Positions 43,632 through 52,855 of a DNA stretch of 64,000 bases are shown here, one piece after another. Source of the DNA: an uncultured Pseudomonadota bacterium. GTDB lineage: Bacteria; Pseudomonadota; Alphaproteobacteria; Rs-D84. Location: contig CADBVV010000001.1 in NCBI GenBank assembly GCA_902798205.1, forward strand, positions 69,621 to 133,620. Reading direction: 5' to 3'. The position numbers and the translations under genes are program-made. Position 1 is the first letter of the stretch, and the number at the start of each line of letters is the position of its first letter. The notes beneath the pieces are model-generated. The model made no database searches. It saw only the letters and a list, made by a program, of their open reading frames with translations, and was not told the origin of the DNA.

Positions 43632-44408
43632 TTAAAAAGCACATTTTGTCGCAAAATCGATAATCGAACCATAAAGTACAGCGAAAAAGAAACACACACT
43701 GCCACCGATAACAAACAAATGCCAAAGTGCATGTGCAAATTTCATACGACGCCATAAATAGAAAATAACACCAACGGAATAAGATAATCCACCGGCTAAT
43801 AAAAACCACATACCGCGTGCTGAAATTGTTTGAATCATTGCCGGCAAAATCCAAAGCAATGCCCAACCCATTACCAGATATAAAGCAACCATCCATTTTG
43901 GTTGTTTGTGCGGACTAACTATTTTCATAACAGCCCCAAATATAACTATGGCCCACATAATTCCGAACATAGTCCACCCAAGTGCTGTATGACCACAACG
44001 ATTCAAATTAACCAATAAAAACGGAGTATAAGTTCCAGCAATCAACGCATATATCGCGATTGTATCCCACACTTCAAAAAAGCATTCGCATTTATCACCA
44101 ATCGTTGCATGACACATTGTCGAACCAAAATACAAAGTGAACATGGTTGCACCAAATATAGAACAAGCAACCGTTGCCCAAACATTATGATGCACAACCG
44201 CAAAGGCCACCAACAAACAAAGCGCGGCTATGGCCAATCCAATTCCAATACCATGTGTTAAAATATTGATTGCTTCTTCTGCATGGGTGCTTGGACGTTC
44301 CCAACGAAAAAGTCCTGTTGCCTGTAATACTTTTAACAATTTTGATGCATGTTTATCTTTTTTTACCGCACGCAATTTTTGTTTTATAACTTTTTTATTT
44401 TTTGTCAT
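43632..44408 (-). CDS. Hemolysin III / PAQR-family channel protein
   Basis: Seven TM segments, an N-terminal EEAINILTHGIG and a C-terminal HALWHLFVIGGSVCFF motif. Confidence 0.83.
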   Translation of the reverse strand: MTKNKKVIKQKLRAVKKDKHASKLLKVLQATGLFRWERPSTHAEEAINILTHGIGIGLAIAALCLLVAFAVVHHNVWATVACSIFGATMFTLYFGSTMCHATIGDKCECFFEVWDTIAIYALIAGTYTPFLLVNLNRCGHTALGWTMFGIMWAIVIFGAVMKIVSPHKQPKWMVALYLVMGWALLWILPAMIQTISARGMWFLLAGGLSYSVGVIFYLWRRMKFAHALWHLFVIGGSVCFFFAVLYGSIIDFATKCAF

Positions 44409-44436
44409 TAAAAATCCCCTTTCCTTCCATTTTTAA

Positions 44437-46023
44437 TTATAAAACCATATTTATTCTTTCAATAACACGTTCGCCACCCAACACATGCATCAAAGAATAA
44501 AGGTCTGGTGTATTTGTACGACCAGTCATCGCAACACGTAAATTCATTGCGACATCACCCGGTTTAACACCACATTTTTCGGCAACCGCGACAATTTTAT
44601 TCCACCAAGTATCTTTGTCATCAGCACCATCAAAAGTTGCCAAGAATTCACGCAACACATCTTTGTTATATTCGTATTCTTTATTTGCATTGAACAAGAA
44701 ATCCCAGAAATATGAAACTTCATTTAATGTCTGTTGCCATGTGATAAAATCTTTACGTATACGTTTTGGATTGTCGCGTTCAATAGATAATACAGATGTC
44801 AAATAATCAATATCAGCAATTTGTTTTTTATTATCTTCATTTCCATATTCTTTTGCCCAATCAACAACAGATTTTACCAATACATCAACAGGTAATGTGG
44901 CAATATATTCTTTTGCCCACCAATCTAATTTTTCCGTATTGAACAAAGCACTGCTTGTTGGGATCTTTTTTATTCTTAATGGATAATTCCAAATATTTGT
45001 TTCTGGCTTCTTAGCCTTTTCTTCTTCATAACCAGACGCAACAATATTATATAAATAATTCAACACCGCTTCTTGTGGGTATCCAGCAATTAAATATTGC
45101 ATTGTGTTTGCTTCTGGGTCGGTTCGTTTAGACAATTTTCTTGAATTATGTGTTTGTTCATCCAATTTGTTTATTGTTGCAACATGGATATAATCTGGGT
45201 TTTGCCACCCCATCATTCTAAATAATTGCAAATGCAAATTCAATGAAGACAACCATTCTTCACCACGTTGGACCAATGTAGTTCTCATAAAATGATCATC
45301 ACATAAATGTGCAAAATGATATGTTGGTAATCTGTCATTAGATTTAATCAACACAATATCTTCTTCATTTTCAGGGAACATTAAACGCCCGCGCACTTTA
45401 TCATTATAATAAATCTTGTTTTCTTTACTGCCCATTGAATACAGACGAATTGTAGGCACTTCACCATTATCAAGATGTGCAATAATTTCTTCTTCTGTTA
45501 AATTTCTATCTCTGGCCCATTCACCATAAATACCAGTTGCCCAACCGGCAGACTTTTGTTTTTCGCGAATTTCGTCCATTTCTTCTGCGGTTAAAAAGCA
45601 CGGATACGCCAATCCTTTTTCTAACAAATACGCGGCGACACTGTGATACACATCTTTACGCATTGATTGATAATAAGGACCATATTCGCCACCGTATTCA
45701 GGTCCTTCATCAGGAATCAAATTAAATGCTTTGGCACATTTCAAGATAACCGCAACAGCGCCTTCGACCTCACGCTTGGTATCTGTATCTTCGATACGCA
45801 ACATGAACACACCATCGCTTTGTTGTGCCAATTTTTTTGCAATCATCATTTGATACAATGTTCCCAAATGCATGAATCCCGTAGGACTTGGTGCAACACG
45901 ACTTACAATGGCCCCTTCTGGCAATTGACGGTTGGGGAATTTTTCTTCTAATTCATCCAATGTATATTTTGGTGCCCCACCCAATACGCGCGCTATCAAA
46001 TCTTTGCTTAATCCATTTCGCAT
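44437..46023 (-). CDS. gltX: Glutamate--tRNA ligase
   Basis: HIGH-type motif SRVAPSPTGFMHLGT and KMSKS-type motif KLSKR. At 528 aa it has a long C-terminal region. Confidence 0.88.
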   Translation of the reverse strand: MRNGLSKDLIARVLGGAPKYTLDELEEKFPNRQLPEGAIVSRVAPSPTGFMHLGTLYQMMIAKKLAQQSDGVFMLRIEDTDTKREVEGAVAVILKCAKAFNLIPDEGPEYGGEYGPYYQSMRKDVYHSVAAYLLEKGLAYPCFLTAEEMDEIREKQKSAGWATGIYGEWARDRNLTEEEIIAHLDNGEVPTIRLYSMGSKENKIYYNDKVRGRLMFPENEEDIVLIKSNDRLPTYHFAHLCDDHFMRTTLVQRGEEWLSSLNLHLQLFRMMGWQNPDYIHVATINKLDEQTHNSRKLSKRTDPEANTMQYLIAGYPQEAVLNYLYNIVASGYEEEKAKKPETNIWNYPLRIKKIPTSSALFNTEKLDWWAKEYIATLPVDVLVKSVVDWAKEYGNEDNKKQIADIDYLTSVLSIERDNPKRIRKDFITWQQTLNEVSYFWDFLFNANKEYEYNKDVLREFLATFDGADDKDTWWNKIVAVAEKCGVKPGDVAMNLRVAMTGRTNTPDLYSLMHVLGGERVIERINMVL

Positions 46024-46070
46024 TTTATTTCATCCTTGTTTTTATGACAAACTGATTTTATACTAATTAT

Positions 46071-46745
46071 ATGGAAAAACAAGAATTAAAAAATTTTGAA
46101 AATCAAAAATTACGCACATTTGGTCGCCGTCACGGCAAGAAACTATCAAACCGGAAACAATGGCTGATGGATAATTTATTGCCAAAAATTGCACCAAACA
46201 TCACTGATTTTGCTGAAAAACCAGTAATTTTAGAGGTTGGATTTGGCAATGGCGAACATTTACGTGATTTGGCAATCCAAAATCCAGATTCGATTATTAT
46301 CGGTGCAGAACCATTTGCAAACGGTGTTGCCGCCCTGCTTTCTGCCATCACAAACGAATCGGATAACAGCCTGATTGATGAATATAAAAACATCCGAATT
46401 CACCCAGATGATGTTCGTTTAATGTTGGAAAACGATAAATTTAAAAACATTAAATTTAATGAAATTTGGGTATTACACCCTGATCCATGGCCAAAGGCAA
46501 GACATGAAAAACGCCGTTTATTGAATCATGATTTCTTGAATCTGTTATCAAAATTTATGACAAAAGAATCTTCTATAATCATTGGTACAGATCATTGGGA
46601 ATATTACGATTGGATTGTGGAACAATTAAAACAAACCAATCTTGTTATAAAATCTACAGAATTAGATACCATAAAAACCAGATACCAGATAAAAAACAAG
46701 GCTGGCACAACTAACCCAAAATACCTGATTTTATCGATTAATTAA
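46071..46745 (+). CDS. trmB: tRNA (guanine46-N7)-methyltransferase
   Basis: LEVGFGNGEHL, IGAEPF and HPDPWPKARHEKRRL motifs. Confidence 0.88.
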   Translation: MEKQELKNFENQKLRTFGRRHGKKLSNRKQWLMDNLLPKIAPNITDFAEKPVILEVGFGNGEHLRDLAIQNPDSIIIGAEPFANGVAALLSAITNESDNSLIDEYKNIRIHPDDVRLMLENDKFKNIKFNEIWVLHPDPWPKARHEKRRLLNHDFLNLLSKFMTKESSIIIGTDHWEYYDWIVEQLKQTNLVIKSTELDTIKTRYQIKNKAGTTNPKYLILSIN

Positions 46746-47431
46746 TAATCAAGGAAAAATCTTAATTTATCGCTTAATTCTGGACGTTGGCATTCTGTCA
46801 AACGCATAACTTGGTCAATTCTGTCAAAATTATTACCCAATATAAAATGTAACTCCCCGTCAAAATCAAAATGTTCCAACAAAGCATAAACGCGTCCAAC
46901 AAAATCAGACCGATTGCCCATATCTTCATTTAAAGTTAAAGCAAAAGCATCCGCACGAATATCACGCAATTTTTGAAACACAAAATCCAGGTTATTTATA
47001 TCTAAATCTTGTATATCCATCGCAAAAGATAAACTGTGCCCAAAAAACAAATCATCCCTGACCATTTCCAGTTTATTTATAAATTGTTCAAAATCTTGCA
47101 TTTTTATAAATATTTGGATCCCGTCTGCGCCTGTTTTATTGGCATTTGTTATATCAGCACCCAATTTATACATATCATCATCAATATTTTTAGATACTGG
47201 ATAAAAGTCAAACCGTGTAAAGATTTTGACATTTCTTTTTTCAAGATAAGTCCAAACATTCGGCACTATTTCCGCAGGAACAGATATCAAATGGACATCA
47301 TTATTTATTATATTTTCGCACATTAATGCCAAATCGTTGGTATCTGCTACTTCATCACACCAGATAGCCACCCTTTTGTCCGAATCAGAAAAAATTTCAT
47401 CCATCTCAATCATTTTATTCCAGTTTATCAT
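46742..47431 (-). CDS. Hypothetical protein (229 aa)
   Basis: Long ORF whose 3' end overlaps the trmB stop by 4 nt. No family recognised. Confidence 0.6.
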   Translation of the reverse strand: MINWNKMIEMDEIFSDSDKRVAIWCDEVADTNDLALMCENIINNDVHLISVPAEIVPNVWTYLEKRNVKIFTRFDFYPVSKNIDDDMYKLGADITNANKTGADGIQIFIKMQDFEQFINKLEMVRDDLFFGHSLSFAMDIQDLDINNLDFVFQKLRDIRADAFALTLNEDMGNRSDFVGRVYALLEHFDFDGELHFILGNNFDRIDQVMRLTECQRPELSDKLRFFLDY

Positions 47432-47455
47432 AAAATATGATAGAATAGAAACGAA

Positions 47456-48343
47456 ATGAGAAATAAATTAGAACATATTTTACTGTCTGTACTTTTGGGA
47501 TTATCCATTTTATTGGGGCTGTCATTTTGGCTGAATACCGTATTTAGCTTCAATTTATTTTGCCCTGCGCATTGGGATGAATTCGCCAGATTACAGGCTT
47601 CACATACACCAATTGCAACTGGGTTTTATGTATCTTTTGCGGTGGCCTTGCTGTTATTTGTTATTGGTTTTTATTTAATATACCGCCCAACAAAGCGACA
47701 TGTTGTCGTTGAAAAACAACCTGATAATATTGTTACAAAGCCAATTGTTGAAGATATTCCACAACAAACAGAACCAGAAAAAGAAGAAACACCTGTTGTG
47801 GCACAAATGCCAATAAATCGTCCACCACGTTTGAACCTGCCAAAAAATATGGCACAAATTGCGGCACAAAAAAATTCTGCACGCGAACAATCTGTTGTCG
47901 CTAAACAAAAAGAAGACCCTTCTCAAAATCCATATAACCCTGTGGTGTCAGAAATATTTTCTAATGCCGGATATATTGTAAAGCCAAACCCAACAATTTC
48001 TGGATTTGTTCCAAATTTGTTTGCAATTGGTGCCAATGAAATTGTTTGGATTGGTGGCATAGATTGTGATGTTGAAAAAATAATGCAGGCAATTGAAAAA
48101 TTACAATCTGTATTCCAAAGCACATTGGAAGATATACCAATTAATATAAACGCGTTTGTTTTGGACAATCTTAATCGATATGATTCAGAAAATTCGCCTT
48201 TGATGGTTTTCAAATCAATTGATGAATTAAAAGAATTTATCACCGAACATCCTGCGGATAAAATAACAGACGAAGAACAAGAAAGTTTTGATTCATATTC
48301 TGAATACATTGATACAATAATACAATATATAAAGAATTTATAG
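47456..48343 (+). CDS. Hypothetical membrane protein (2 TM segments, Pro/Gln/Glu-rich linker, C-terminal globular domain)
   Basis: The TM segments are ILLSVLLGLSILLGLSFWL and FYVSFAVALLLFVIGFYLIY. It is the first gene of a tight four-gene cluster. Confidence 0.65.
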   Translation: MRNKLEHILLSVLLGLSILLGLSFWLNTVFSFNLFCPAHWDEFARLQASHTPIATGFYVSFAVALLLFVIGFYLIYRPTKRHVVVEKQPDNIVTKPIVEDIPQQTEPEKEETPVVAQMPINRPPRLNLPKNMAQIAAQKNSAREQSVVAKQKEDPSQNPYNPVVSEIFSNAGYIVKPNPTISGFVPNLFAIGANEIVWIGGIDCDVEKIMQAIEKLQSVFQSTLEDIPININAFVLDNLNRYDSENSPLMVFKSIDELKEFITEHPADKITDEEQESFDSYSEYIDTIIQYIKNL

Positions 48344-48355
48344 GGACAACATATT

Positions 48356-48862
48356 ATGCAATTAAACGAACATTCCGCAACAGAAAGACTTGGTATATTG
48401 GGTATGGATGATATGCCCGTAATTGCATACGAACCAAAAAAATGCTCTTTAGATAATGATTGGTTTAAAAAATATTCTGCATTACGCCGTGAATTTTTAT
48501 CGTCACTTACAGATTCAATTGAAGAAATTGCATTTATGAACCTGTCACAAGAAGACTTTATAAATTTAATTATGGGAAAATCTTTGCCAGATAATGTATC
48601 TATAAGATTCAGAATACCTTTGCTTTGGGGTGGTGATTTGGATATATCAAATATGTTTTTGTGTTGGACTTTTCCACATTCTCATAACATGGATCGTTTT
48701 ATAATTGAACAAAGTGACGCAAAAACAATCTATTTACCGAACCCAGAAAAAAAAGTATATATTCCGGCACACACTGGTGGTGGTGGCGATGGCGGAAACG
48801 CAACTTCAGACAGATTAAGTCAGGCTGCATTTAATGCAATGTCCGGACGTGGGAACGAATAA
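48356..48862 (+). CDS. Small protein with an HNH-like (His-Me finger) motif lacking the canonical general-base His
   Basis: IRFRIPLLWGGDLDISNMFLCWTFPHSHN aligns position for position with the HNH template HHIIPLSxGGxxxxxNxxxLCxxCHxxxH, with F in place of the catalytic H. Confidence 0.45.
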   Translation: MQLNEHSATERLGILGMDDMPVIAYEPKKCSLDNDWFKKYSALRREFLSSLTDSIEEIAFMNLSQEDFINLIMGKSLPDNVSIRFRIPLLWGGDLDISNMFLCWTFPHSHNMDRFIIEQSDAKTIYLPNPEKKVYIPAHTGGGGDGGNATSDRLSQAAFNAMSGRGNE

Positions 48863-48865
48863 GAA

Positions 48866-49300
48866 ATGAAAAAAGAAGAATTTTTATCTTTGATAAAATC
48901 ACGCGGTGCAACAATTTTTGCCCCGGGTGCTTTGACAGATATAAGTATTGCAAATACAAATCTTCAAAACATGCGCGCCGCTATGTTACCGTCTTTTTTG
49001 CAAGATTTTTATACATCGTGCTTTGGTATTTCTTTGGGTTCCGCATGTGTATTTGGTCCAAAAGAAATCGAACGTGGTACAAAATACCCTTTGCCAGACA
49101 TTGTAAAAATTAACAAAGATATGGTTGGTAATAAAAACCTTTTTGGCAAAACAATTTTTGGCAGAAACGATTTGTTCTGGTTTGTATTTGATACATCTGG
49201 CACCTGTTTTATGTTGGATAATTTAACATTATCTGTTTTAAGAAAATATGACGATCCTTATCGTGCAATGATTGATTGTTTAATTGTTGGGAAAATATAA
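48866..49300 (+). CDS. SUKH/SMI1-KNR4-like small protein (candidate immunity-type protein)
   Basis: AMLPSFLQDFYTSCFGISLG (compare the LPxdYkeFl..nG motif) and a later FGRNDLFWFVFDTSGTCFMLD block. It starts 3 nt after the previous stop. Confidence 0.4.
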   Translation: MKKEEFLSLIKSRGATIFAPGALTDISIANTNLQNMRAAMLPSFLQDFYTSCFGISLGSACVFGPKEIERGTKYPLPDIVKINKDMVGNKNLFGKTIFGRNDLFWFVFDTSGTCFMLDNLTLSVLRKYDDPYRAMIDCLIVGKI

Positions 49301-49301
49301 A

Positions 49302-49514
49302 ATGCATAAAATATCAGTATCTTTATCGGGACATCAAACCAGTATATCATTGGAACAAGAATTTTTTGATGTATTACAACACATTGCGAAAACACGCAAT
49401 ATATCAATTGCTTCTATTATAAAAAACATTGATGAAAATCGTGATCCAAAATCTAATCTTTCTTCTGAAATAAGGATATGGATATTGAAGCAAATATTGA
49501 AAACATCAAAATAA
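49302..49514 (+). CDS. Ribbon-helix-helix (RHH_4-type) protein
   Basis: The start was moved to MHKISVSLSGHQTSISLEQEFFDVLQHIAKTRNISIASIIKNID...NLSSEIRIWIL, which fits the small RHH family common in alphaproteobacteria. Confidence 0.68.
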   Translation: MHKISVSLSGHQTSISLEQEFFDVLQHIAKTRNISIASIIKNIDENRDPKSNLSSEIRIWILKQILKTSK

Positions 49515-51456
49515 ATATCATCCACAAATCACGACCAATTGTTCTGTATGGTGTATCATGTGCACCCCAAACAAAACCATCCAAAGAACCTGTTTCTCCT
49601 GCTGGTATTATGGATATAATATTTCCATCTGCACCAATGAATGCACTTATTCCCGAATAATTAGATCTGACAACTGGAACACCTGATTCAATTGCATATC
49701 TGCGAACCATATCCAAATGTTGATAAATTCCCGGGGTTAAACCAAACCAGGTATCATTTGTTATATTAATAATCGCATCAGGTGTTGTGCCAGACGGAAT
49801 CAAAGAATCAGAAAAGATTATTTCATAACAAATCGCCGGGGCAAAAGTAAAATCACCCTTGTTTGTATTTATTGTTATTAATTCTTTACCATTGCCACGA
49901 CTTAATTGCCCTGGGGTTGGAATAATATCCCCGAATGGTCTGTATTCGCCAAATGGTACCAAATGAGATTTACTGTATAAATGTTTTACAATTCCTGTTT
50001 TGTCTGCGACAACCATCGAATTGTATAAATTTCCACCACTATAAGAGTTTGTCCCCATAATAACATTTGTATTTAATACACGTGATAAAGGAAAGGCATT
50101 ATCAACAACAGTATATGGATAGGCTGTTTCTGGATACACAATTAAATCCGGGGCTTCGCTTTTATCTTCTGTCGCCCAAACAAACAAATCACGTATTTTT
50201 TGTTTTGCTATATTTTGTGCTTCTTCTTTTGATGTTGGCATCTTGTATACGGCAGATTTGGCCGGTTGCACTATTCTTATCAACGGCGCTTTGTGCATAT
50301 TATCAGACAAATTCATATTATGATAACCTGCACAACAACCAATCAAAAACAATACAATATACAAACAAAAAACAAACAAATTTGATTTCTGATTTTTACG
50401 CAATAATTCAACAAAAGCAGCAATAAAACCAATTATAACAAAAGTCAAACCTGTTGCACCCCACAAAGACATTGAATTTGCAATCATTGGCATATTCATT
50501 GTTATATTAGCAATCGGATTCCACGGAAAACCTGTTAAAAACCATTCGCGTCCCCACAAAACCAATGTCCATAAACACGCGAATAAAATCGCCCTTTGCG
50601 CCGGTTTTCTTTGAACATAACGAATAATTGCAAATGGCAAAGAAAGTATTGCACCACACAATAAACCTATTCCGATTAATGCGGGCAATGTCCATATTGC
50701 AAATTGTGCCGCCAATTCAGGAATCACATATATTGAATTCAAAACCCACCAAAACATTGCTATGCCATAAAAAGCACCGAATGTAAAAGATAACAAATAA
50801 GATTTCCAAAAACTGACATGATTTGTTTGTCTGGTTACCAATGCATACATTGCGCCAATACCAAACAAAGACAACATCCATAAATTAAATGGCGCAAAAC
50901 CAAACGATGTTATAACACCCAAAACAGATGCGGTCAAATACCACCAAAAACTGTTTTCGCGAATTTTAAGGGATTTTAATTTATTGATAAATTTACACGA
51001 ACCACACGATATATCACATGTATTTGTTTCATCTGCATAAGGGTTTTTATACCCCAACTTTTTTAATATTTTTATTTCTTTATCTTCCATAACTTTGGCA
51101 TCTTTATCTTTGATATGATCATATCCTTGTAAATGCAACATACCATGAACAACCATATGCGCCGTATGTTCTTCGACAGAAATACCTGCTGCCTTTGCTT
51201 CGCGTTTAACAGTATCAAGAGATATAAAAATATCACCCAACAACACATCATCGCCCAATTCAAAAGACAAAACATTTGTTGGTTTATCCATACCACGATA
51301 TTGTTTATTTAATTTATGAATTTGTTTATCATCAACCAAAGTAATTGAAGCTTCTGAATTCTTATGTACGGGTAAAACCGCGGCATTTGCAATTTTTTCA
51401 AAATCTATTTTATATTTTTTCCATGCCTTATTTTCAATATTAACATAAACTTGCAT
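49453..51456 (-). CDS. Single ORF fusing endoribonuclease YbeY (N-terminal ~150 aa) to apolipoprotein N-acyltransferase Lnt (C-terminal ~510 aa)
   Basis: The YbeY zinc motif HGMLHLQGYDH is followed, with no stop and no in-frame ATG, by Lnt TM helices, GFPWNPI, a CN-hydrolase domain (VYPETAYP, KSHLVPFGEY, AICYEIIF, TNDTWFG) and a C-terminal TM segment. Confidence 0.85.
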   Translation of the reverse strand: MQVYVNIENKAWKKYKIDFEKIANAAVLPVHKNSEASITLVDDKQIHKLNKQYRGMDKPTNVLSFELGDDVLLGDIFISLDTVKREAKAAGISVEEHTAHMVVHGMLHLQGYDHIKDKDAKVMEDKEIKILKKLGYKNPYADETNTCDISCGSCKFINKLKSLKIRENSFWWYLTASVLGVITSFGFAPFNLWMLSLFGIGAMYALVTRQTNHVSFWKSYLLSFTFGAFYGIAMFWWVLNSIYVIPELAAQFAIWTLPALIGIGLLCGAILSLPFAIIRYVQRKPAQRAILFACLWTLVLWGREWFLTGFPWNPIANITMNMPMIANSMSLWGATGLTFVIIGFIAAFVELLRKNQKSNLFVFCLYIVLFLIGCCAGYHNMNLSDNMHKAPLIRIVQPAKSAVYKMPTSKEEAQNIAKQKIRDLFVWATEDKSEAPDLIVYPETAYPYTVVDNAFPLSRVLNTNVIMGTNSYSGGNLYNSMVVADKTGIVKHLYSKSHLVPFGEYRPFGDIIPTPGQLSRGNGKELITINTNKGDFTFAPAICYEIIFSDSLIPSGTTPDAIINITNDTWFGLTPGIYQHLDMVRRYAIESGVPVVRSNYSGISAFIGADGNIISIIPAGETGSLDGFVWGAHDTPYRTIGRDLWMIFILMFSIFASISISLFQKKD

Positions 51457-51525
51457 TTTATTTTTCCTTCGTATTTTTTAATTTTTATGCCGCTAAATTA
51501 AAATTCAGAATTTCTATCAAGCAAC

Positions 51526-51554
51526 TTGATAATCCTTTGTTTTTTTACTATGAT
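51526..51554 (+). promoter_or_regulatory. Candidate sigma70-type promoter upstream of rarA
   Basis: -35 TTGATA (51526-51531), 17-nt spacer, -10 TATGAT (51549-51554), 41 nt upstream of the ATG. Confidence 0.35.
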
Positions 51555-51595
51555 ACATTATATCATAAATAGACATTAAATAAAACAAAACTAAA

Positions 51596-52852
51596 ATGAC
51601 ACGACCACTTGCAGATTTAATGCGCCCACAAACCATAGACGACATTGTCGGTCAAACTGATTTATTGGGCGAAAACGGTATCATTCACAGAATGGTAAAA
51701 AGTGGTAATTTATCAAATTTGCTTTTATGGGGGCCACCGGGATGTGGAAAAACAACTATCGCACGTGCATTGGCAAATTCTGTTGATATGGATTTTGTGG
51801 CACTTTCTGCGGTATTTTCTGGAACAGCCGATATAAAAAAAGTAATGGATGCCGCACGACAAAATCATAATCTTGGTCGTAATACTTTGTTATTTATTGA
51901 TGAAATTCACAGATTTAATAAGACACAACAAGATACGCTGTTGCCATATTTGGAAGACGGAACCGTAACTTTTATTGGCGCAACAACCGAAAACCCAAGT
52001 TTTAATTTGAATAACGCCCTGCTTTCAAGATGTCATGTTGGTGTATTAAAACCATTGTCCACGACAGATTTATTGACATTGATTGATCGCGCAGAAAAAT
52101 TTTTGGGTAAAAAATTACCATTAACAGCGGACGCAAAAACACATTTGGCAAACATGGCGGATGGGGATGCACGCTTTTTATTAAACAGCATTGAATATAT
52201 ATCTGGGGCAAAATTTAAAAAAGAATTAGATGCAGATAAATTAAATGAAATTATTGAAAAACGCGCACCAATGTCTGACAAAAGTGGTGACGAACATTAT
52301 AATTTAATTTCCGCTGTTCATAAATCATTACGTTCATCTGATACAGATGCCGCACTTTATTGGGTTGCCAGAATGATGATATCTGGTCAAGATCCACGAT
52401 ATATATTGCGCCGTTTAACACGTTTTGCAATGGAAGATGTCGGCTTAGCAGATCCAAATGCAATGCAAATTGCATTATCTGCATGGCAAATTTATGAACG
52501 CATGGGGTCACCCGAAGGCGACATTGCATTAACAGAATTGGTTATATATTTGGCAACTGCACCAAAAAGCATTTCAGCATATAAGGCCCAGATGGCTTCA
52601 TATAGCGTGGCAAAAGATACCGGTTCTTTGATGCCACCAAAGAATATATTAAACGCCCCAACCCGTATGATGAAAAACCTTGGGTATGGGGATGGTTATA
52701 TTTATGATCCAGAAACAGAAACTGGTTGCAGCGGTCAAAACTGTTTTCCAGAAAATATGGAACGTGCAAGTTTTTATAAACCAGTCGAACGTGGTTTCGA
52801 ACGCGAAATCAAAAAACGTTTTGAATATTGGAATTCGTTCCGTAAAAAATAA
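51596..52852 (+). CDS. rarA: Replication-associated recombination protein A (AAA+ ATPase)
   Basis: RPQTIDDIVGQ, Walker A GPPGCGKTT, Walker B LFIDEIHRFNK, and a C-terminal MgsA-type domain (HYNLISAVHKSLRSSD). Confidence 0.92.
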   Translation: MTRPLADLMRPQTIDDIVGQTDLLGENGIIHRMVKSGNLSNLLLWGPPGCGKTTIARALANSVDMDFVALSAVFSGTADIKKVMDAARQNHNLGRNTLLFIDEIHRFNKTQQDTLLPYLEDGTVTFIGATTENPSFNLNNALLSRCHVGVLKPLSTTDLLTLIDRAEKFLGKKLPLTADAKTHLANMADGDARFLLNSIEYISGAKFKKELDADKLNEIIEKRAPMSDKSGDEHYNLISAVHKSLRSSDTDAALYWVARMMISGQDPRYILRRLTRFAMEDVGLADPNAMQIALSAWQIYERMGSPEGDIALTELVIYLATAPKSISAYKAQMASYSVAKDTGSLMPPKNILNAPTRMMKNLGYGDGYIYDPETETGCSGQNCFPENMERASFYKPVERGFEREIKKRFEYWNSFRKK

Positions 52853-52855
52853 AAC

